Assembly (NCBI GenBank): GCA_947447155.1
Contig: CANFIN010000003.1
Location: 1,185-65,184, forward strand
DNA: 64,000 nt
Origin: Bacteroidota bacterium
GTDB taxonomy: Bacteria > Bacteroidota > Bacteroidia > AKYH767-A > OLB10
Direction: 5' to 3'
Part shown: one piece after another, positions 39,028 to 50,021 of the stretch
How the letters are laid out: the number at the start of each line of letters is the position of its first letter
How positions within the stretch are numbered: the first letter of the stretch is position 1
Notes under the pieces: model-generated
Databases searched by the model: none
Seen by the model: only the letters and a program-made list of their open reading frames with translations
Told to the model about the DNA's origin: nothing
Program-made: the position numbers and the translations under genes

Positions 39028-39440
39028 GGTCTTGCCTCCTTCCATAATTTTATTTGTTGGGTTGGAAACAAAATAGAACCATCGGATAGTACAAAAGGTA
39101 ACATTGTTATTTTCCAATGCTCGAAGCGCTTACATTCGAAGCGATACTTTTCATATTTATGTTCTTTATCGAATCCAAAAAAACGTTCGAGCCAAGATGA
39201 TTTTTCTTTTTGTTCTTTTTCGGATGCTCCTTTCATTCCCATCGTTTCTTCTTCTTCCAGAGGAATTATTTTTCCTTTCCAGAAGGCGTCATACGCTTTT
39301 TGAGCTTCGAAATAATTAGCAGTTGAATCATTCATCATAGCTATCCAATATGGATGCTTAGAGTAATTTAAGTTTGACGACTGAGCATTTCCTTGAATAG
39401 AAATCAAACAGCTGACAAACAATAAGACTAGAAATCGCAT
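39024..39440 (-). CDS. hypothetical exported protein, translationally coupled to the BNR/T9SS gene
   Basis: 138 aa with signal peptide ...IQGNAQ. Its stop overlaps the downstream ATG (ATGA at 39024-39027). Confidence 0.55.
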   Translation of the reverse strand: MRFLVLLFVSCLISIQGNAQSSNLNYSKHPYWIAMMNDSTANYFEAQKAYDAFWKGKIIPLEEEETMGMKGASEKEQKEKSSWLERFFGFDKEHKYEKYRFECKRFEHWKITMLPFVLSDGSILFPTQQIKLWKEARP

Positions 39441-39454
39441 TGGGTATTTTTTTT

Positions 39455-39462
39455 CAAAAATA
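39455..39462 (-). promoter_or_regulatory. -7 box TATTTTTG upstream of the 39440 gene
   Basis: Exact TAnnTTTG on the minus strand, 14 nt before the ATG. Confidence 0.4.
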
Positions 39463-39490
39463 AGATTTAAACCGATGATTTAGGATTTAC

Positions 39491-39528
39491 AACAAAAAAG
39501 AAAAGTCCTAAGAAAAACTCTTAGGACT
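39491..39528 (-). terminator. rho-independent terminator after the DUF4197 gene
   Basis: Perfect 10-bp stem AGTCCTAAGA/TCTTAGGACT followed by a T-rich run on the minus strand. Confidence 0.7.
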
Positions 39529-39549
39529 TTAAAATTGTATAGTAAATTA

Positions 39550-40275
39550 TTACCCACCAAAAACTTTCTTCAACAAATCACTAGTACGCGCTATTGGATC
39601 TTTTCTGATTTGCAATTCTTCTTCAGCTACCTTAACAAATAATCCATCGATGGCTTTCTCGGTGGCGTATTGAACTAAATCGGGATTGACCTTTTCTACA
39701 AATGGAATCTTGTTATATTTTGTAATCACCAGCTCCCAGTTTTTTGTCGCACCTACTTTATCTAAGGAAGTTTTTATTATTGGTTTGAATGCTTCCACTA
39801 GCATCGCTCTCGATTTTGCTTTCAAATATTCCGTTCCGGCATTATCTGAACCTTTTACAATATTGATAGCATCAGTGATTGTCATATCAGAAATGACTTT
39901 AATAAAAATATCTTTTGCTGATGAGCCCGCATCTTCAGCAGCACGATTTACAGACAAAATCACATCATCGCATTCTTTATTTAATCCTATGCCACGTAGT
40001 TTGTCTTCAATCTTTTTTGCATCGGGAGGAAATGGAATTTTAATTTTCGGATTACCAAAATAGCCATCGAGTTTAGAGACAGTTGTAGAGCCATTTACTG
40101 CGCCCTTACTTAAAGCTTCTTTCAAAGCTTTTCCTGCTTCTTCCTCTGTAAATCCTTTAGGGACACCTGGAATAGCCAGTTTTTTCTCCGCTTTCTTTTT
40201 TAAATCGTTGAAGTTTTGTGCAGAAGCGTTTAAAACTAAAAATGATAGCGAGATGGATAAAATTATAGATTTCAT
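39550..40275 (-). CDS. DUF4197-like exported protein
   Basis: 241 aa with a signal peptide. The pattern EAGKALKEALSKGA...KLDGYFGNPKIKIPFP matches my memory of DUF4197. Confidence 0.6.
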   Translation of the reverse strand: MKSIILSISLSFLVLNASAQNFNDLKKKAEKKLAIPGVPKGFTEEEAGKALKEALSKGAVNGSTTVSKLDGYFGNPKIKIPFPPDAKKIEDKLRGIGLNKECDDVILSVNRAAEDAGSSAKDIFIKVISDMTITDAINIVKGSDNAGTEYLKAKSRAMLVEAFKPIIKTSLDKVGATKNWELVITKYNKIPFVEKVNPDLVQYATEKAIDGLFVKVAEEELQIRKDPIARTSDLLKKVFGG

Positions 40276-40366
40276 ATTTTTTATTTTAAAAGTAACGCAA
40301 TAATTGCAATATTAATATTTCAAATGATAATTTATGTTTAATTGATTGAAATTTTATTGCCATCAC

Positions 40367-40387
40367 AAAAAAAGGGGCTTTCGCCCC
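40367..40387 (-). terminator. rho-independent terminator after rpoD
   Basis: GGGGC/GCCCC stem with a TTTC loop, followed by T7 on the minus strand, 11 nt after the stop. Confidence 0.75.
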
Positions 40388-40398
40388 AAAAACTATCT

Positions 40399-41262
40399 CT
40401 ACAAATATGATTTAAGAAATTTATTACTTCTATTACTCTTTAACTTTCGTAATGCAGTTTCTTTAATTTGTCGTACTCGCTCTCTTGTTAATTGGATTTT
40501 TATGCTAATCTCATCAAGCGACATATTATGAGTATGCCCTATTCCGAAGAACATTTTAATAACTTGGATTTCTTTTGGAGACAATATGCTTAAATATCGA
40601 TTGATATCTTCAGCCATTGATTCCTGAAGCACATTGGTATCAGTACTCACAGCATCGCTTCCTTCTAAAATATCTAAAAGCGTACTACTATCTTCACTAT
40701 TATCTAAGGGGGCATCAAAAGAAACTGGCTTTGCAGATACGCGCATCACATCAGTGATGTGATTTATTGAAAAATTCAGAACACTTGCTAACTCTTCAGC
40801 ACTAGGCTCACGCTGAAAGTCCTGCTCTAGCTTTGAGAACGACTTTCGTACTTTATTGAGTGTTCCAATTTGGTTTAACGGTAGTCTTACCAACCTTGAT
40901 TGTTCTGCAATTGCTTGTAAAATACTTTGGCGAATCCACCAAACAGCGTAGGATATGAATTTAAATCCTTTTGTTTCATCAAAACGCTGCGCTGCTTTTA
41001 TCAAGCCTAAATTCCCTTCATTAATTAAATCGGGTAAGCTTAACCCCTGATTTTGATACTGTTTTGAAACTGAAACAACAAATCTAAGGTTGGCTCTTGT
41101 TAGTTTATCCAATGCTTCTGCATCTCCTGCCCTTATTTTTTGTGCTAACTCTACTTCCTCCTGAGCAGTAACCATTTGCTCTTTACTGATATCGTGCAGA
41201 TACATTTCCAAACTTGCACTTTCTCTGTTTGTGATGGATTGGGTGATTTTTAGTTGTCTCAT
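40399..41262 (-). CDS. rpoD: primary RNA polymerase sigma factor (Bacteroidota sigma-A)
   Basis: 287 aa covering regions 1.2-4.2: LRFVVSVSKQYQNQGL, YAVWWIRQSI and LTRERVRQIKETALRKL. Confidence 0.95.
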   Translation of the reverse strand: MRQLKITQSITNRESASLEMYLHDISKEQMVTAQEEVELAQKIRAGDAEALDKLTRANLRFVVSVSKQYQNQGLSLPDLINEGNLGLIKAAQRFDETKGFKFISYAVWWIRQSILQAIAEQSRLVRLPLNQIGTLNKVRKSFSKLEQDFQREPSAEELASVLNFSINHITDVMRVSAKPVSFDAPLDNSEDSSTLLDILEGSDAVSTDTNVLQESMAEDINRYLSILSPKEIQVIKMFFGIGHTHNMSLDEISIKIQLTRERVRQIKETALRKLKSNRSNKFLKSYL

Positions 41263-41499
41263 GGTATTATATGTTTTAGGTTAAAAAAAAGAAATTCAAA
41301 AGAACAATTAAAATGCAACTATCGAGTTATAGTTAGTGTTTGAACAATTCAAAAAGTTGCAATAACTATCTGTCGTTTGGCACAAAATAATATTTTAAAG
41401 GTATAGGGCTAACACATTTAAAAACACAATGTGAATCAGTCTTGTAAATGACAACTATCACCTTTTTGTAATTGGGATAAATTGAATACCTTCGTCGTA

Positions 41500-42159
41500 A
41501 TGAAAAAAAGTATAATCCTTTATTTATCAATTTTTCTTATTCCTTTCATTGGATTTGCACAGAAAAACAATAACAAAAGCAACCTGCTAATTCAATTTTC
41601 GGGAGTGGTAGTTAGTAATGATTCCTTACAACCTATCCCCTATGCAGCAGTTACAATTCATAAATCAGGTCGTGGGACTATCACCGATTTTTATGGATTC
41701 TTTTCTTTTGTTGCTAAAAAGGGTGACACCATCGACTTTCATTATGTTGGTTATAAGCCAACGATGTACATTATCTCAGATACTTTAAAGGAAGATCGAT
41801 ACTCATTAATCCAAGTAATGAATAGGGATACTATTTTACTGAAAGAAGCTATTGTTTACCCTTGGCCTTCAAAAGAAGAATTTAAGCGAGCTTTTCTGGA
41901 TTTAAAAATACCAGATGATGATTTAAAAAGAGCTGAGAAAAATATACAGCTTGCAGAAATAAAAACAATCCAAGAGCAAGTGCCTTATGATGGTGCTATT
42001 AACTATCAGTATCAACTTCAGCAACAACAATCCAAGTTGTACAGTGCAGGTCAATACCCAAAAAACAATTTGTTTAATCCAATTGCTTGGGCAGCCTTTA
42101 TAAAGGCATGGAAAGACGGTAGCTTAAAAAAGAAAGACGATCCTAAGATTGATAATTAA
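41500..42159 (+). CDS. carboxypeptidase-regulatory-like domain protein (exported)
   Basis: Signal peptide, then FSGVVVS..L.PIPYAAVTI..SGRGTITDFYGFFSF..KKGD. Start at ATG 41500. Confidence 0.65.
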   Translation: MKKSIILYLSIFLIPFIGFAQKNNNKSNLLIQFSGVVVSNDSLQPIPYAAVTIHKSGRGTITDFYGFFSFVAKKGDTIDFHYVGYKPTMYIISDTLKEDRYSLIQVMNRDTILLKEAIVYPWPSKEEFKRAFLDLKIPDDDLKRAEKNIQLAEIKTIQEQVPYDGAINYQYQLQQQQSKLYSAGQYPKNNLFNPIAWAAFIKAWKDGSLKKKDDPKIDN

Positions 42160-42163
42160 AAGA

Positions 42164-44695
42164 ATGTCTCGTTTACAATTAACTTATACATGTTTTATAT
42201 TTCTATTGCTTTTAGTAGTAAGCAATAACGCATATTGCCAGGAAGGTATAATTAAAGGTTTTGTAAGCGACTCACTTAAAAAACCAATTGAGGCTTGCAA
42301 TGTTTCAATAGAAGGTGAACCTATTGGTACAATTACGGATAGCCGTGGGCGATATACTTTAAAAGTTATACCATACAAAGACATTACTGTTGTATATAGT
42401 TTTCTTGGATTCGCACCTCAGAAATACAAAATCAAATTAACCCCGGGCGAAACAAAAGAATTAAATATTCAATTACAATCAACTGTAAAAATGCTTGGAC
42501 CTGTTCAGGTTTCAGGAGAAAAAAGCAGAGACCTTTTAATGACTCCTATACAGCCTAAGACGATTGAAATGATGCCGAGTGTAAGTGGTAATTTTGAAGG
42601 TGCCTTAAAAACATATCCAGGTGTTGTTTCCAATAACGAGCTGACCTCTACCTACTCTGTCCGAGGTGGGTCGTTTGATGAGAATCTTGTATATGTTAAT
42701 GACATAGAAATATACAGACCATTTTTAACGCGAAGCGGGCAACAAGAAGGATTGAGTTTTATTAATTCAGATTTGATATCAAATATCAATTTTAGTTCGG
42801 GTGGATTTAATGCAACTTACAGCGATAAACTTTCTTCTGTTTTAGATATTGAATATCGAAAACCTGAAGCATTTGCAGGTTCTGCTTACGTGAGTTTTTT
42901 AGGTGCTGGATTTCACCTCGAGGGGATTTCTAAAAACGAAAAGTTTAGTTGGCTAGCGGGATTCAGACAGAAATCGAATCAGTTTTTATTGAAAAATTTA
43001 GATACTAAAGGTGAATACAAACCCTCCTTCACCGATTTTCAATCATTATTAAATTACAAGTTTACAGATAGAACGTCGCTTTCATTCTTAGGAAATATAT
43101 CTATCAATGACTATCGTGTTGTACCTTCAACAAGACAAACAGAATTTGGGAATATTAATGAAGCTTTGAAATTTACCGTTTACTTTGATGGCCAAGAACA
43201 AGATGCTTATTCCACTTCGCAAAGTGCAATTACATTAAATCATCGTGTTAATGACCATTTGAATTTGAAATTTATTGGTGCAGGATTCATATCTAAAGAA
43301 AAAGAGTTTTTTGATATTCTAGGTGAATACTTCATTGATGAATTAGATAAAGACTTAGGTTCGTCGAATTTTGGTAATGTTGCATACAACAAAGGAATTG
43401 GCGCTTTTTTAGATCATTCTCGCAACGAACTAAAGGCTAATGTAACAAGCTTCGAACATAAAGGAAGTTTTATTCAATCGAAATATAATTTTAAGTGGGG
43501 AGTAAAAGCACAGCATGAATCAATAACAGATAATATTGATGAATGGCAATATCGTGACTCTGCTGATTTCTCTATCATTCATCCGCAGGATAATCCAGGT
43601 GACTCAGTAACTTTTTCTCAGCAAATTGTATTAAATAATGTCATAAAGAACAAGATTAATTTAAATTCAAATCGCTTTAATGGATTTTTCAATAGCACTT
43701 GGCAACTCGACACATGCTTTACATTGGTAGCTGGTGTTAGGGCTACTTATTGGGACTTCAACAAGGAATTAAATATTAGTCCGCGTGCTTCTATCGAATA
43801 CCGTCCGAAAGGAAACAAATACTTAAAATTAAGAGCAGCAACTGGTGTTTATTACCAACCACCTTTCTATCGTGAATTGCGTGGATTAGATGGACAGATT
43901 AATCCAAATATTAAAGCACAACAGTCAATACATTTTATTGTTGGAGGAGATTATCAGTTTTTATCATGGGGACGAGAGTTTAAATTGACTGCTGAAGCCT
44001 ATTACAAAAAAATGAATAATCTAATTCCTTACAAACTCGATAATACGCGCATTCGTTATCTGGCAAAAAACAATGCCGACGGATATGCAACGGGGTTAGA
44101 CTTAAGAGTAAATGGTGAGTTTGTAAGTGGTATTGAGAGCTGGGCTTCTTTATCTTTCTTAAAAACAGAAGAGAATTTAAATGATGATGGTTATTATAAG
44201 TATTACAATTCAGAAGGCGATTTAATTGTTCCTGGATATACTTTTAATAATGTTGCTGTAGACAGTCAGTTTGTAACGCCATGCTATATACCACGACCAA
44301 CTGATCAGCGCGTAACATTTAGTTTGTTTTTTCAGGATTACCTTCCTAAGTCGCCAAGTGTTCGTATGCACATGACGTTAGTGTTTGGTACTGGATTGCC
44401 ATTTGGCCCTCCGGGAAATGATCGTTATAAGGATATACTAAGAGCACCTAGTTACCGAAGAGTGGATATTGGATTTTCAAAAATCATCATTGATGAAGAC
44501 AAGCCGAATACGAGTCGCTTGAAAGTTGTGAGCAAATTAAAATCATTATCCTTAAGCTTAGAAGTTTTCAATTTACTTCAAGTTAGTAATACTGTATCAT
44601 ACACTTGGATTACAGATGTAACAGGAAGACAATATGGAATTCCGAACTACTTAACCTCTCGCTTGCTAAACTTAAAAATGCAGGCTAAATTTTAA
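42164..44695 (+). CDS. TonB-dependent receptor-like outer-membrane protein with an N-terminal CarboxypepD_reg domain
   Basis: About 843 aa: signal peptide, IKGFVSD...TDSRGRYTL, a plug-like region, and a C-terminal beta-barrel ending in an aromatic residue (..MQAKF). Start at ATG 42164. Confidence 0.75.
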   Translation: MSRLQLTYTCFIFLLLLVVSNNAYCQEGIIKGFVSDSLKKPIEACNVSIEGEPIGTITDSRGRYTLKVIPYKDITVVYSFLGFAPQKYKIKLTPGETKELNIQLQSTVKMLGPVQVSGEKSRDLLMTPIQPKTIEMMPSVSGNFEGALKTYPGVVSNNELTSTYSVRGGSFDENLVYVNDIEIYRPFLTRSGQQEGLSFINSDLISNINFSSGGFNATYSDKLSSVLDIEYRKPEAFAGSAYVSFLGAGFHLEGISKNEKFSWLAGFRQKSNQFLLKNLDTKGEYKPSFTDFQSLLNYKFTDRTSLSFLGNISINDYRVVPSTRQTEFGNINEALKFTVYFDGQEQDAYSTSQSAITLNHRVNDHLNLKFIGAGFISKEKEFFDILGEYFIDELDKDLGSSNFGNVAYNKGIGAFLDHSRNELKANVTSFEHKGSFIQSKYNFKWGVKAQHESITDNIDEWQYRDSADFSIIHPQDNPGDSVTFSQQIVLNNVIKNKINLNSNRFNGFFNSTWQLDTCFTLVAGVRATYWDFNKELNISPRASIEYRPKGNKYLKLRAATGVYYQPPFYRELRGLDGQINPNIKAQQSIHFIVGGDYQFLSWGREFKLTAEAYYKKMNNLIPYKLDNTRIRYLAKNNADGYATGLDLRVNGEFVSGIESWASLSFLKTEENLNDDGYYKYYNSEGDLIVPGYTFNNVAVDSQFVTPCYIPRPTDQRVTFSLFFQDYLPKSPSVRMHMTLVFGTGLPFGPPGNDRYKDILRAPSYRRVDIGFSKIIIDEDKPNTSRLKVVSKLKSLSLSLEVFNLLQVSNTVSYTWITDVTGRQYGIPNYLTSRLLNLKMQAKF

Positions 44696-44699
44696 TTGT

Positions 44700-45038
44700 A
44701 TGTCGAATAAGAATAAAGGCAAATCGGGATTAGTCTATTCAACCAATCCGAATTTTCAATATCAGGAAGAAAATAATTCACAAGATACATTACCACCCCA
44801 ACAACAATCATTAAAAATTTGGTTGGAACGAAAAGGTGGTGGAAAAATGGTGACGGCAGTAAAAGGTTTTATTGGCAGCGATGATGATTTAGAAGCTATG
44901 GGGAAAATGCTAAAGAGCAAATGTGGTGTTGGTGGAACTGCTAAAGATGGTGAAGTATTAATACAAGGTGATCATCGAGAAAAAGTACTTGCATTGCTTA
45001 TTCAGAATGGCTATCAGGCAAAGAAAGCAGGTGGATAA
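44700..45038 (+). CDS. yciH: SUI1/YciH-family translation initiation factor
   Basis: 112 aa. The pattern [20 protein letters not shown]...[26 protein letters not shown] matches the family. Confidence 0.85.
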   Translation: MSNKNKGKSGLVYSTNPNFQYQEENNSQDTLPPQQQSLKIWLERKGGGKMVTAVKGFIGSDDDLEAMGKMLKSKCGVGGTAKDGEVLIQGDHREKVLALLIQNGYQAKKAGG

Positions 45039-45039
45039 T

Positions 45040-45870
45040 TTATTTTAAAACTACCTTGTAAAAACTATACTGTTGGAGTCCTTCGTTGTTTTTTATTGTA
45101 GAAAAACAAAAAGAGTTTTTAGATATCCACAATAGCGATTCAACATGCTGCTTCTTCAAGTTGATTATAGTAGATAAATCCAGACAATAAGATTGATTTT
45201 TAGTTACCACTTTTATAATATTCAATTCGGCTTCCTCATCCTCGTAAAATGCATTTGAAAAACTAAGAATATACTCGTTTGTTTTGTTTGGTAAAAAAGC
45301 CTGACTTCCCTCATCATAAGAAGATAAATCCTGAATCATTTTGCCAGATTTCAAATCAATTAAATTAGTTGTTGCGTAAGCCCCACTGATATCAACGGTA
45401 CTAACAATTACAAGATTTAATTTTGAAATCATCCCCCAATAAGCTGGTAGCACGCCATTAAAAATTGTTGTGTCACTTCTACTAATTTGCTCCTCACCTA
45501 CACGCTCTTGCGAAGAAAATAAATAATGAAAGTTTTTTCCATTTATTACTATTTGTGAATCTGAAATAATATTCACAAACTGTTTATTGACTATTGTATC
45601 AACAAAAAAATCCGCAGTAATAATTAAGGAATTGTAATGAGCAGAATCAATAGAAAAAATAGAAAACGATTTATTATTTGATTCCATCATCTCATTATGA
45701 TCAATATCCAAATCAATTAATACTGGCTCGTTATTAAAAACACAGGAGGTATCTAACGATAAAATTCGATTTTGAGCAAGAACATTAAATCCAAGAGTAA
45801 AGAAAAACGCAAATAGAATAAGAAACTTATTTCTGCGCATCATTAATAATCTGCTGATAGTATCTTTCAT
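45040..45870 (-). CDS. hypothetical exported protein
   Basis: 276-aa ORF with signal-like FLILFAFFFTLGFNVLAQ. The start is uncertain (ATGs at 45870, 45843 and 45840). It overlaps the bshA 3' end. Confidence 0.45.
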   Translation of the reverse strand: MKDTISRLLMMRRNKFLILFAFFFTLGFNVLAQNRILSLDTSCVFNNEPVLIDLDIDHNEMMESNNKSFSIFSIDSAHYNSLIITADFFVDTIVNKQFVNIISDSQIVINGKNFHYLFSSQERVGEEQISRSDTTIFNGVLPAYWGMISKLNLVIVSTVDISGAYATTNLIDLKSGKMIQDLSSYDEGSQAFLPNKTNEYILSFSNAFYEDEEAELNIIKVVTKNQSYCLDLSTIINLKKQHVESLLWISKNSFCFSTIKNNEGLQQYSFYKVVLK

Positions 45871-46960
45871 AAATCGGCATAATATTATGAATGTCGAATG
45901 CCTTTGCTTGTTTTAAAGCAGCCTGACGAAATTCGGCCAACTTTTTATCATCCGTTAAAATAGCAAGTGCATTTGCGGCCATATCATCCACATCGCCTAC
46001 ATTACTCATAAATCCAGTTACACCATTGATATTAAGCTCAGGCATACCACCTGAATTGGATGATATAACAGGCACCTGACAAGCCATTGCTTCTAATGCT
46101 GCCAAACCAAAACTTTCGGTCTCAGAAGGCATCACAAATAAATCTGCGATGGACAAAACCTCTTCTACCATTTCTTGCTTCCCTAAAAAACGAACATCCT
46201 GATAAAATCCTTTCTCACGAGTCATTTCTTCAATTTTATGACGCTCTGGTCCATCACCAATCATAATTAATTTTGCAGGAATCTTTGCTCGTATACGGTC
46301 AAAAACTTCAACAACATCCTGCACTCTTTTCACTTTTCGAAAATTAGAAGTATGTACAATTAATTTTTCGTTATCCGGAGTTATTGCTTTTCTGAAATGA
46401 TCTTTTCTTGATTTAGCGAATCTCTTAAGATCAATAAAGTTGGGAATTACTTCAATATCCTTATTGATTTTGAAATTCGCATAAGTATCTTTTTTCAAAC
46501 TTTCAGAAACCGCCGTAACACCATCAGAATGATTTATTGCAAAGGTAACAACAGGCTCATAGCTTGAATCTTTACCTACAAGCGTAATATCAGTTCCATG
46601 CAAAGTTGTTACAATTGGTAGGTATAGTCCGTGGGTTTTTAAAATCTGCTGCGCCATATAAGCAACCGATGCATGCGGAATAGCATAATGCACATGCAGA
46701 ATGTCTAATTTTTCATACAATGCCACATCAACTAACTTACTTGTCAATGCTGATTCATAAGGTATATAATCGAAAAGTGCATAAGGAGTTGCTGTAACTT
46801 CATGATAAAAAACATTCTCCATAAAACCATCTAATCTAACGGGCTGGCTATAGGTAATAAAATGAATGCGATGACCTTTATCGGCAAGAGCTTTACCTAA
46901 TTCTGTAGCTACTACACCACTACCACCAAAAGTAGGATAACAAACAATTCCAATATTCAT
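45827..46960 (-). CDS. bshA: N-acetyl-alpha-D-glucosaminyl L-malate synthase (bacillithiol biosynthesis GT4 glycosyltransferase)
   Basis: MNIGIVCYPTFGGSGVVATELGKALADKGH N-terminus and the GT4 ESFGLAALEAMAC motif. Confidence 0.85.
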   Translation of the reverse strand: MNIGIVCYPTFGGSGVVATELGKALADKGHRIHFITYSQPVRLDGFMENVFYHEVTATPYALFDYIPYESALTSKLVDVALYEKLDILHVHYAIPHASVAYMAQQILKTHGLYLPIVTTLHGTDITLVGKDSSYEPVVTFAINHSDGVTAVSESLKKDTYANFKINKDIEVIPNFIDLKRFAKSRKDHFRKAITPDNEKLIVHTSNFRKVKRVQDVVEVFDRIRAKIPAKLIMIGDGPERHKIEEMTREKGFYQDVRFLGKQEMVEEVLSIADLFVMPSETESFGLAALEAMACQVPVISSNSGGMPELNINGVTGFMSNVGDVDDMAANALAILTDDKKLAEFRQAALKQAKAFDIHNIMPIYERYYQQIINDAQK

Positions 46961-46964
46961 AAAA

Positions 46965-46972
46965 CAAAGTTA
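46965..46972 (-). promoter_or_regulatory. -7 box TAACTTTG, 4 nt upstream of the bshA ATG
   Basis: The minus strand reads TAACTTTGttttATG. Confidence 0.45.
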
Positions 46973-47026
46973 CGGATTTATGCGAGAAAAATAACACAAG
47001 AAAAGTACAATGAGGCTGTGTCGAAA

Positions 47027-49978
47027 TTATTTCTTAAATCCATTATAAAAAATCTCCATAATATCTGTTCTCACATTTTTCTTAGCCAACAAATTATTTT
47101 CAGCATCTGGATAAACCCTATTTGATAAAAAGACAAATAGAAAATCATTTTTCGGATCTGCCCAAACACAGGTTCCTGTAAAACCGGTATGCCCAAAAGT
47201 TAATTCAGAAGCACTGTGCGCTGCAGGACTAGACTTCTCTTTATTCATTTCGGGCTTATCAAAAATCAACCCTCTGCGATTTGAAGTATTAGGTGCAGCT
47301 TGCGAAGTAAATCGCTGAATGGTTTCTTTACGCAAATAGCGCTTACCGTCATATACACCTCCATTTAACAACATCTTAAAAATAATTGCTAATGATTCTG
47401 CATTAGAAAACAAACCAGCATGGCCAGCAACACCTCCCATCATCGCTGCAGCGGGATCATGAACAGTCCCACGAACAACTCTGTGACGAAATTCTTTATC
47501 ATTTTCTGTTGGAGCGATTGTATTAATATCTGATTTTAATCCTGCATTGAACTGCATTTTCCATAAGCCCATTGGCTCATAAAAATTTTTCGTAACATAA
47601 TTATCAATTGATTCCCCTGTTATGCGTTCAATAACTTTCTGAAGTATAATCATACTTAAATCAGAATACACCATAGATCCAGGCGTCTTAACGTCTGATT
47701 CTATGATCTTATTCCAGATTTCTGATTTATAATTATCGTCAATAAACAAACTGTCTGCTACTTTAGTTGTAAAGCCTTCACTCTTTTCTGATTTAAAAAT
47801 ACAAGTATCCAAACCGTATTCACAGACTGTATTCTTCCAAAATGGAATGAATGGCTGCAATCCAGCTTCGTGCATCATTAATTGACGAATAGTAATATCC
47901 TTTTTATTAGAGTTTTTTAACTCGGGGAGATACTTGCTAACTTTTGCTTCAAGATCTAGCTTGTTTTTCTCAAACAACTGCATTGCACATAAACTTGTTG
48001 ACGCAACTTTTGTAATTGAAGCAATATCATATAAATCTTTATTGTTTACAGCATGCAAACTATCATAAGTAAAATAACCATACGATTTATCAAATACTAC
48101 TTTATTGCCTACTGCAAATAATATTTGGCAGCCAGGAGTAATTCTGTTTTGAATCGCATTATTAATTATACTATCTACCGGATTAAAAATTTCCGAATTA
48201 ACTTTTAAAGCTTCAGGATATGAGTAACTAAAAACTTCATTTGTTTTTGTTTTTATTCCATCGCCTATACAAACATTATTTCCGATAGACACAGAAAGGT
48301 GACCATAAAACGAACTCGCTCCAAAAATTTTTTGCGCGGTTAATTTCACAGGATAATAAGTGTCTTCAAATCCTTCTACTAAAGCTTTTACATGATCTGT
48401 CTTTTTTAATTTTGACATTACATAGGCATTACCAAATAAACATAAAATGGTATTATGCTCTTTGTTGAATTTCTCAACTGCATCTAAAATATCTGAAGAC
48501 AAATTGTAGTTTTTATTAGCATGGATTGTTGTGTTGTGAATGCTCACTATTACTTTATCATAATCTCTTAGCTTAACTATTAAGTTATCCAATTCTTTAA
48601 CTGATATATCTCGTTGAAAAGAATAGCAATCTATTTTAGCATATTTTGAAAGTTCATTTTGAAAAACATTATTTAATGTATCATTAAAAACCACTGATGC
48701 TATTTTTGGGTTTTCATGAATCAAGATTGGAAGAAAGTGATTTTCATTTTTTAATAATGTAATTGAACTATCGTAAAGGGCATATGACACATATTCAGAA
48801 CTACCATTATTTAGTTCATCATCAATATTCTTTAAATCAATGGATGAATAATTGTTTAAACCACTCCAATATTTAGCCATTAGTATTTTACCAACTCTAT
48901 AGTTTAAGTCATCAATAGCTATTGAACTATCTTCAACAGCTTTTTTAATGCTTTCTATTCCTTTATCGACATTATCAGAATACAACAAAACATCATTGCC
49001 TGCCTTGAAAGCCATTAGCTCTAATTCACCGGGGGCAAAGTAATCGGCAACCCCTTTCATATTTAAAGCATCAGTAAATATTAATCCATTAAAACCTTCT
49101 TTGCCTTTTAAAAGGCTATCAACAATCAGGGGCGATAAGCTACAAGCCTTTTTACCGTTTGAATCCAACGCAGGAACATATAAATGTGCAACCATTACAG
49201 AAGAAACTCCAGATTTAATTAACTGACGGAAAGGATAAAGCTCAACAGAATCCAATTCCAAAGAGTCGGCTGTTACAATCGGTAATTCAAAATGAGAATC
49301 GGTATTGGTATTTCCATGACCTGGAAAGTGCTTAGCACATGCAAGCACATGTTCAAACTGCATACCTCGCATATATTCTAATCCGAATTGTGTAACCTCT
49401 TCTCTTCGTTCTCCAAATGAGCGATTACATATTATTGGATTAGCTGGATTTGTATTAATATCGACAGAAGGTGCGAAATTGATTTGAATTCCTAATCGTT
49501 TGCAGTTTTGTGCAATAGACTTTCCCATTAAAAAAGCTAATTTAGGATTGCCAGATGCTGCTAATGTCATTTGACGAGGATATCTAACGGTACTGTCTAA
49601 ACGCATATTTAATCCCCACTCACCATCAATACCAATCATTAATGGAATTCTCGAAGCAGCTTGCAAGGCATTAGTTAAAACGGCCTGACGATACGGTGTG
49701 CCTTTAAAAAATATTACACCTCCTAACTTAAAAGAATTTACTTTATCTGTGATTTCTCGCTCGTAACTTGCATCTCTATTTGAAAAAACACTAATCATGA
49801 AAAGTTGTCCGATTTTTTCTTCTGTGGACATTGTTGCCAAAACTGAATCTGACCAATGTTTACTTTCAACACTATAATAGGCGGGAGAAAACTTTACATT
49901 TTGAGCAAATGAATTTCTAACTGATAGAATCAGAAAGCAAACAAAAATAAAATTGAGCTTCAATTTAAAATTTATCAA
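47027..49978 (-). CDS. fusion protein: glycoside hydrolase family 3 (NagZ-like beta-N-acetylhexosaminidase) plus serine beta-lactamase/PBP-like hydrolase
   Basis: 983 aa. GH3 motifs KHFPGHGNTNTDSH and FTDALNM. C-terminal SxxK (SITK), YSD and HTG motifs. TTG start. Confidence 0.85.
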   Translation of the reverse strand: MINFKLKLNFIFVCFLILSVRNSFAQNVKFSPAYYSVESKHWSDSVLATMSTEEKIGQLFMISVFSNRDASYEREITDKVNSFKLGGVIFFKGTPYRQAVLTNALQAASRIPLMIGIDGEWGLNMRLDSTVRYPRQMTLAASGNPKLAFLMGKSIAQNCKRLGIQINFAPSVDINTNPANPIICNRSFGERREEVTQFGLEYMRGMQFEHVLACAKHFPGHGNTNTDSHFELPIVTADSLELDSVELYPFRQLIKSGVSSVMVAHLYVPALDSNGKKACSLSPLIVDSLLKGKEGFNGLIFTDALNMKGVADYFAPGELELMAFKAGNDVLLYSDNVDKGIESIKKAVEDSSIAIDDLNYRVGKILMAKYWSGLNNYSSIDLKNIDDELNNGSSEYVSYALYDSSITLLKNENHFLPILIHENPKIASVVFNDTLNNVFQNELSKYAKIDCYSFQRDISVKELDNLIVKLRDYDKVIVSIHNTTIHANKNYNLSSDILDAVEKFNKEHNTILCLFGNAYVMSKLKKTDHVKALVEGFEDTYYPVKLTAQKIFGASSFYGHLSVSIGNNVCIGDGIKTKTNEVFSYSYPEALKVNSEIFNPVDSIINNAIQNRITPGCQILFAVGNKVVFDKSYGYFTYDSLHAVNNKDLYDIASITKVASTSLCAMQLFEKNKLDLEAKVSKYLPELKNSNKKDITIRQLMMHEAGLQPFIPFWKNTVCEYGLDTCIFKSEKSEGFTTKVADSLFIDDNYKSEIWNKIIESDVKTPGSMVYSDLSMIILQKVIERITGESIDNYVTKNFYEPMGLWKMQFNAGLKSDINTIAPTENDKEFRHRVVRGTVHDPAAAMMGGVAGHAGLFSNAESLAIIFKMLLNGGVYDGKRYLRKETIQRFTSQAAPNTSNRRGLIFDKPEMNKEKSSPAAHSASELTFGHTGFTGTCVWADPKNDFLFVFLSNRVYPDAENNLLAKKNVRTDIMEIFYNGFKK

Positions 49979-50021
49979 ATATTTTTACAAAAAAACAATA
50001 ACTACTAATTACAACTTTTTA

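Noticed and set aside
39686-40063. Long antisense ORFs inside real genes (125 aa opposite the DUF4197 gene; also 18737-19027, 54554-54829, 29617-29874 and others)
   Set aside because: These are shadow ORFs on the opposite strand of genes with strong family motifs. They have low-complexity or odd composition and no start-site signals.
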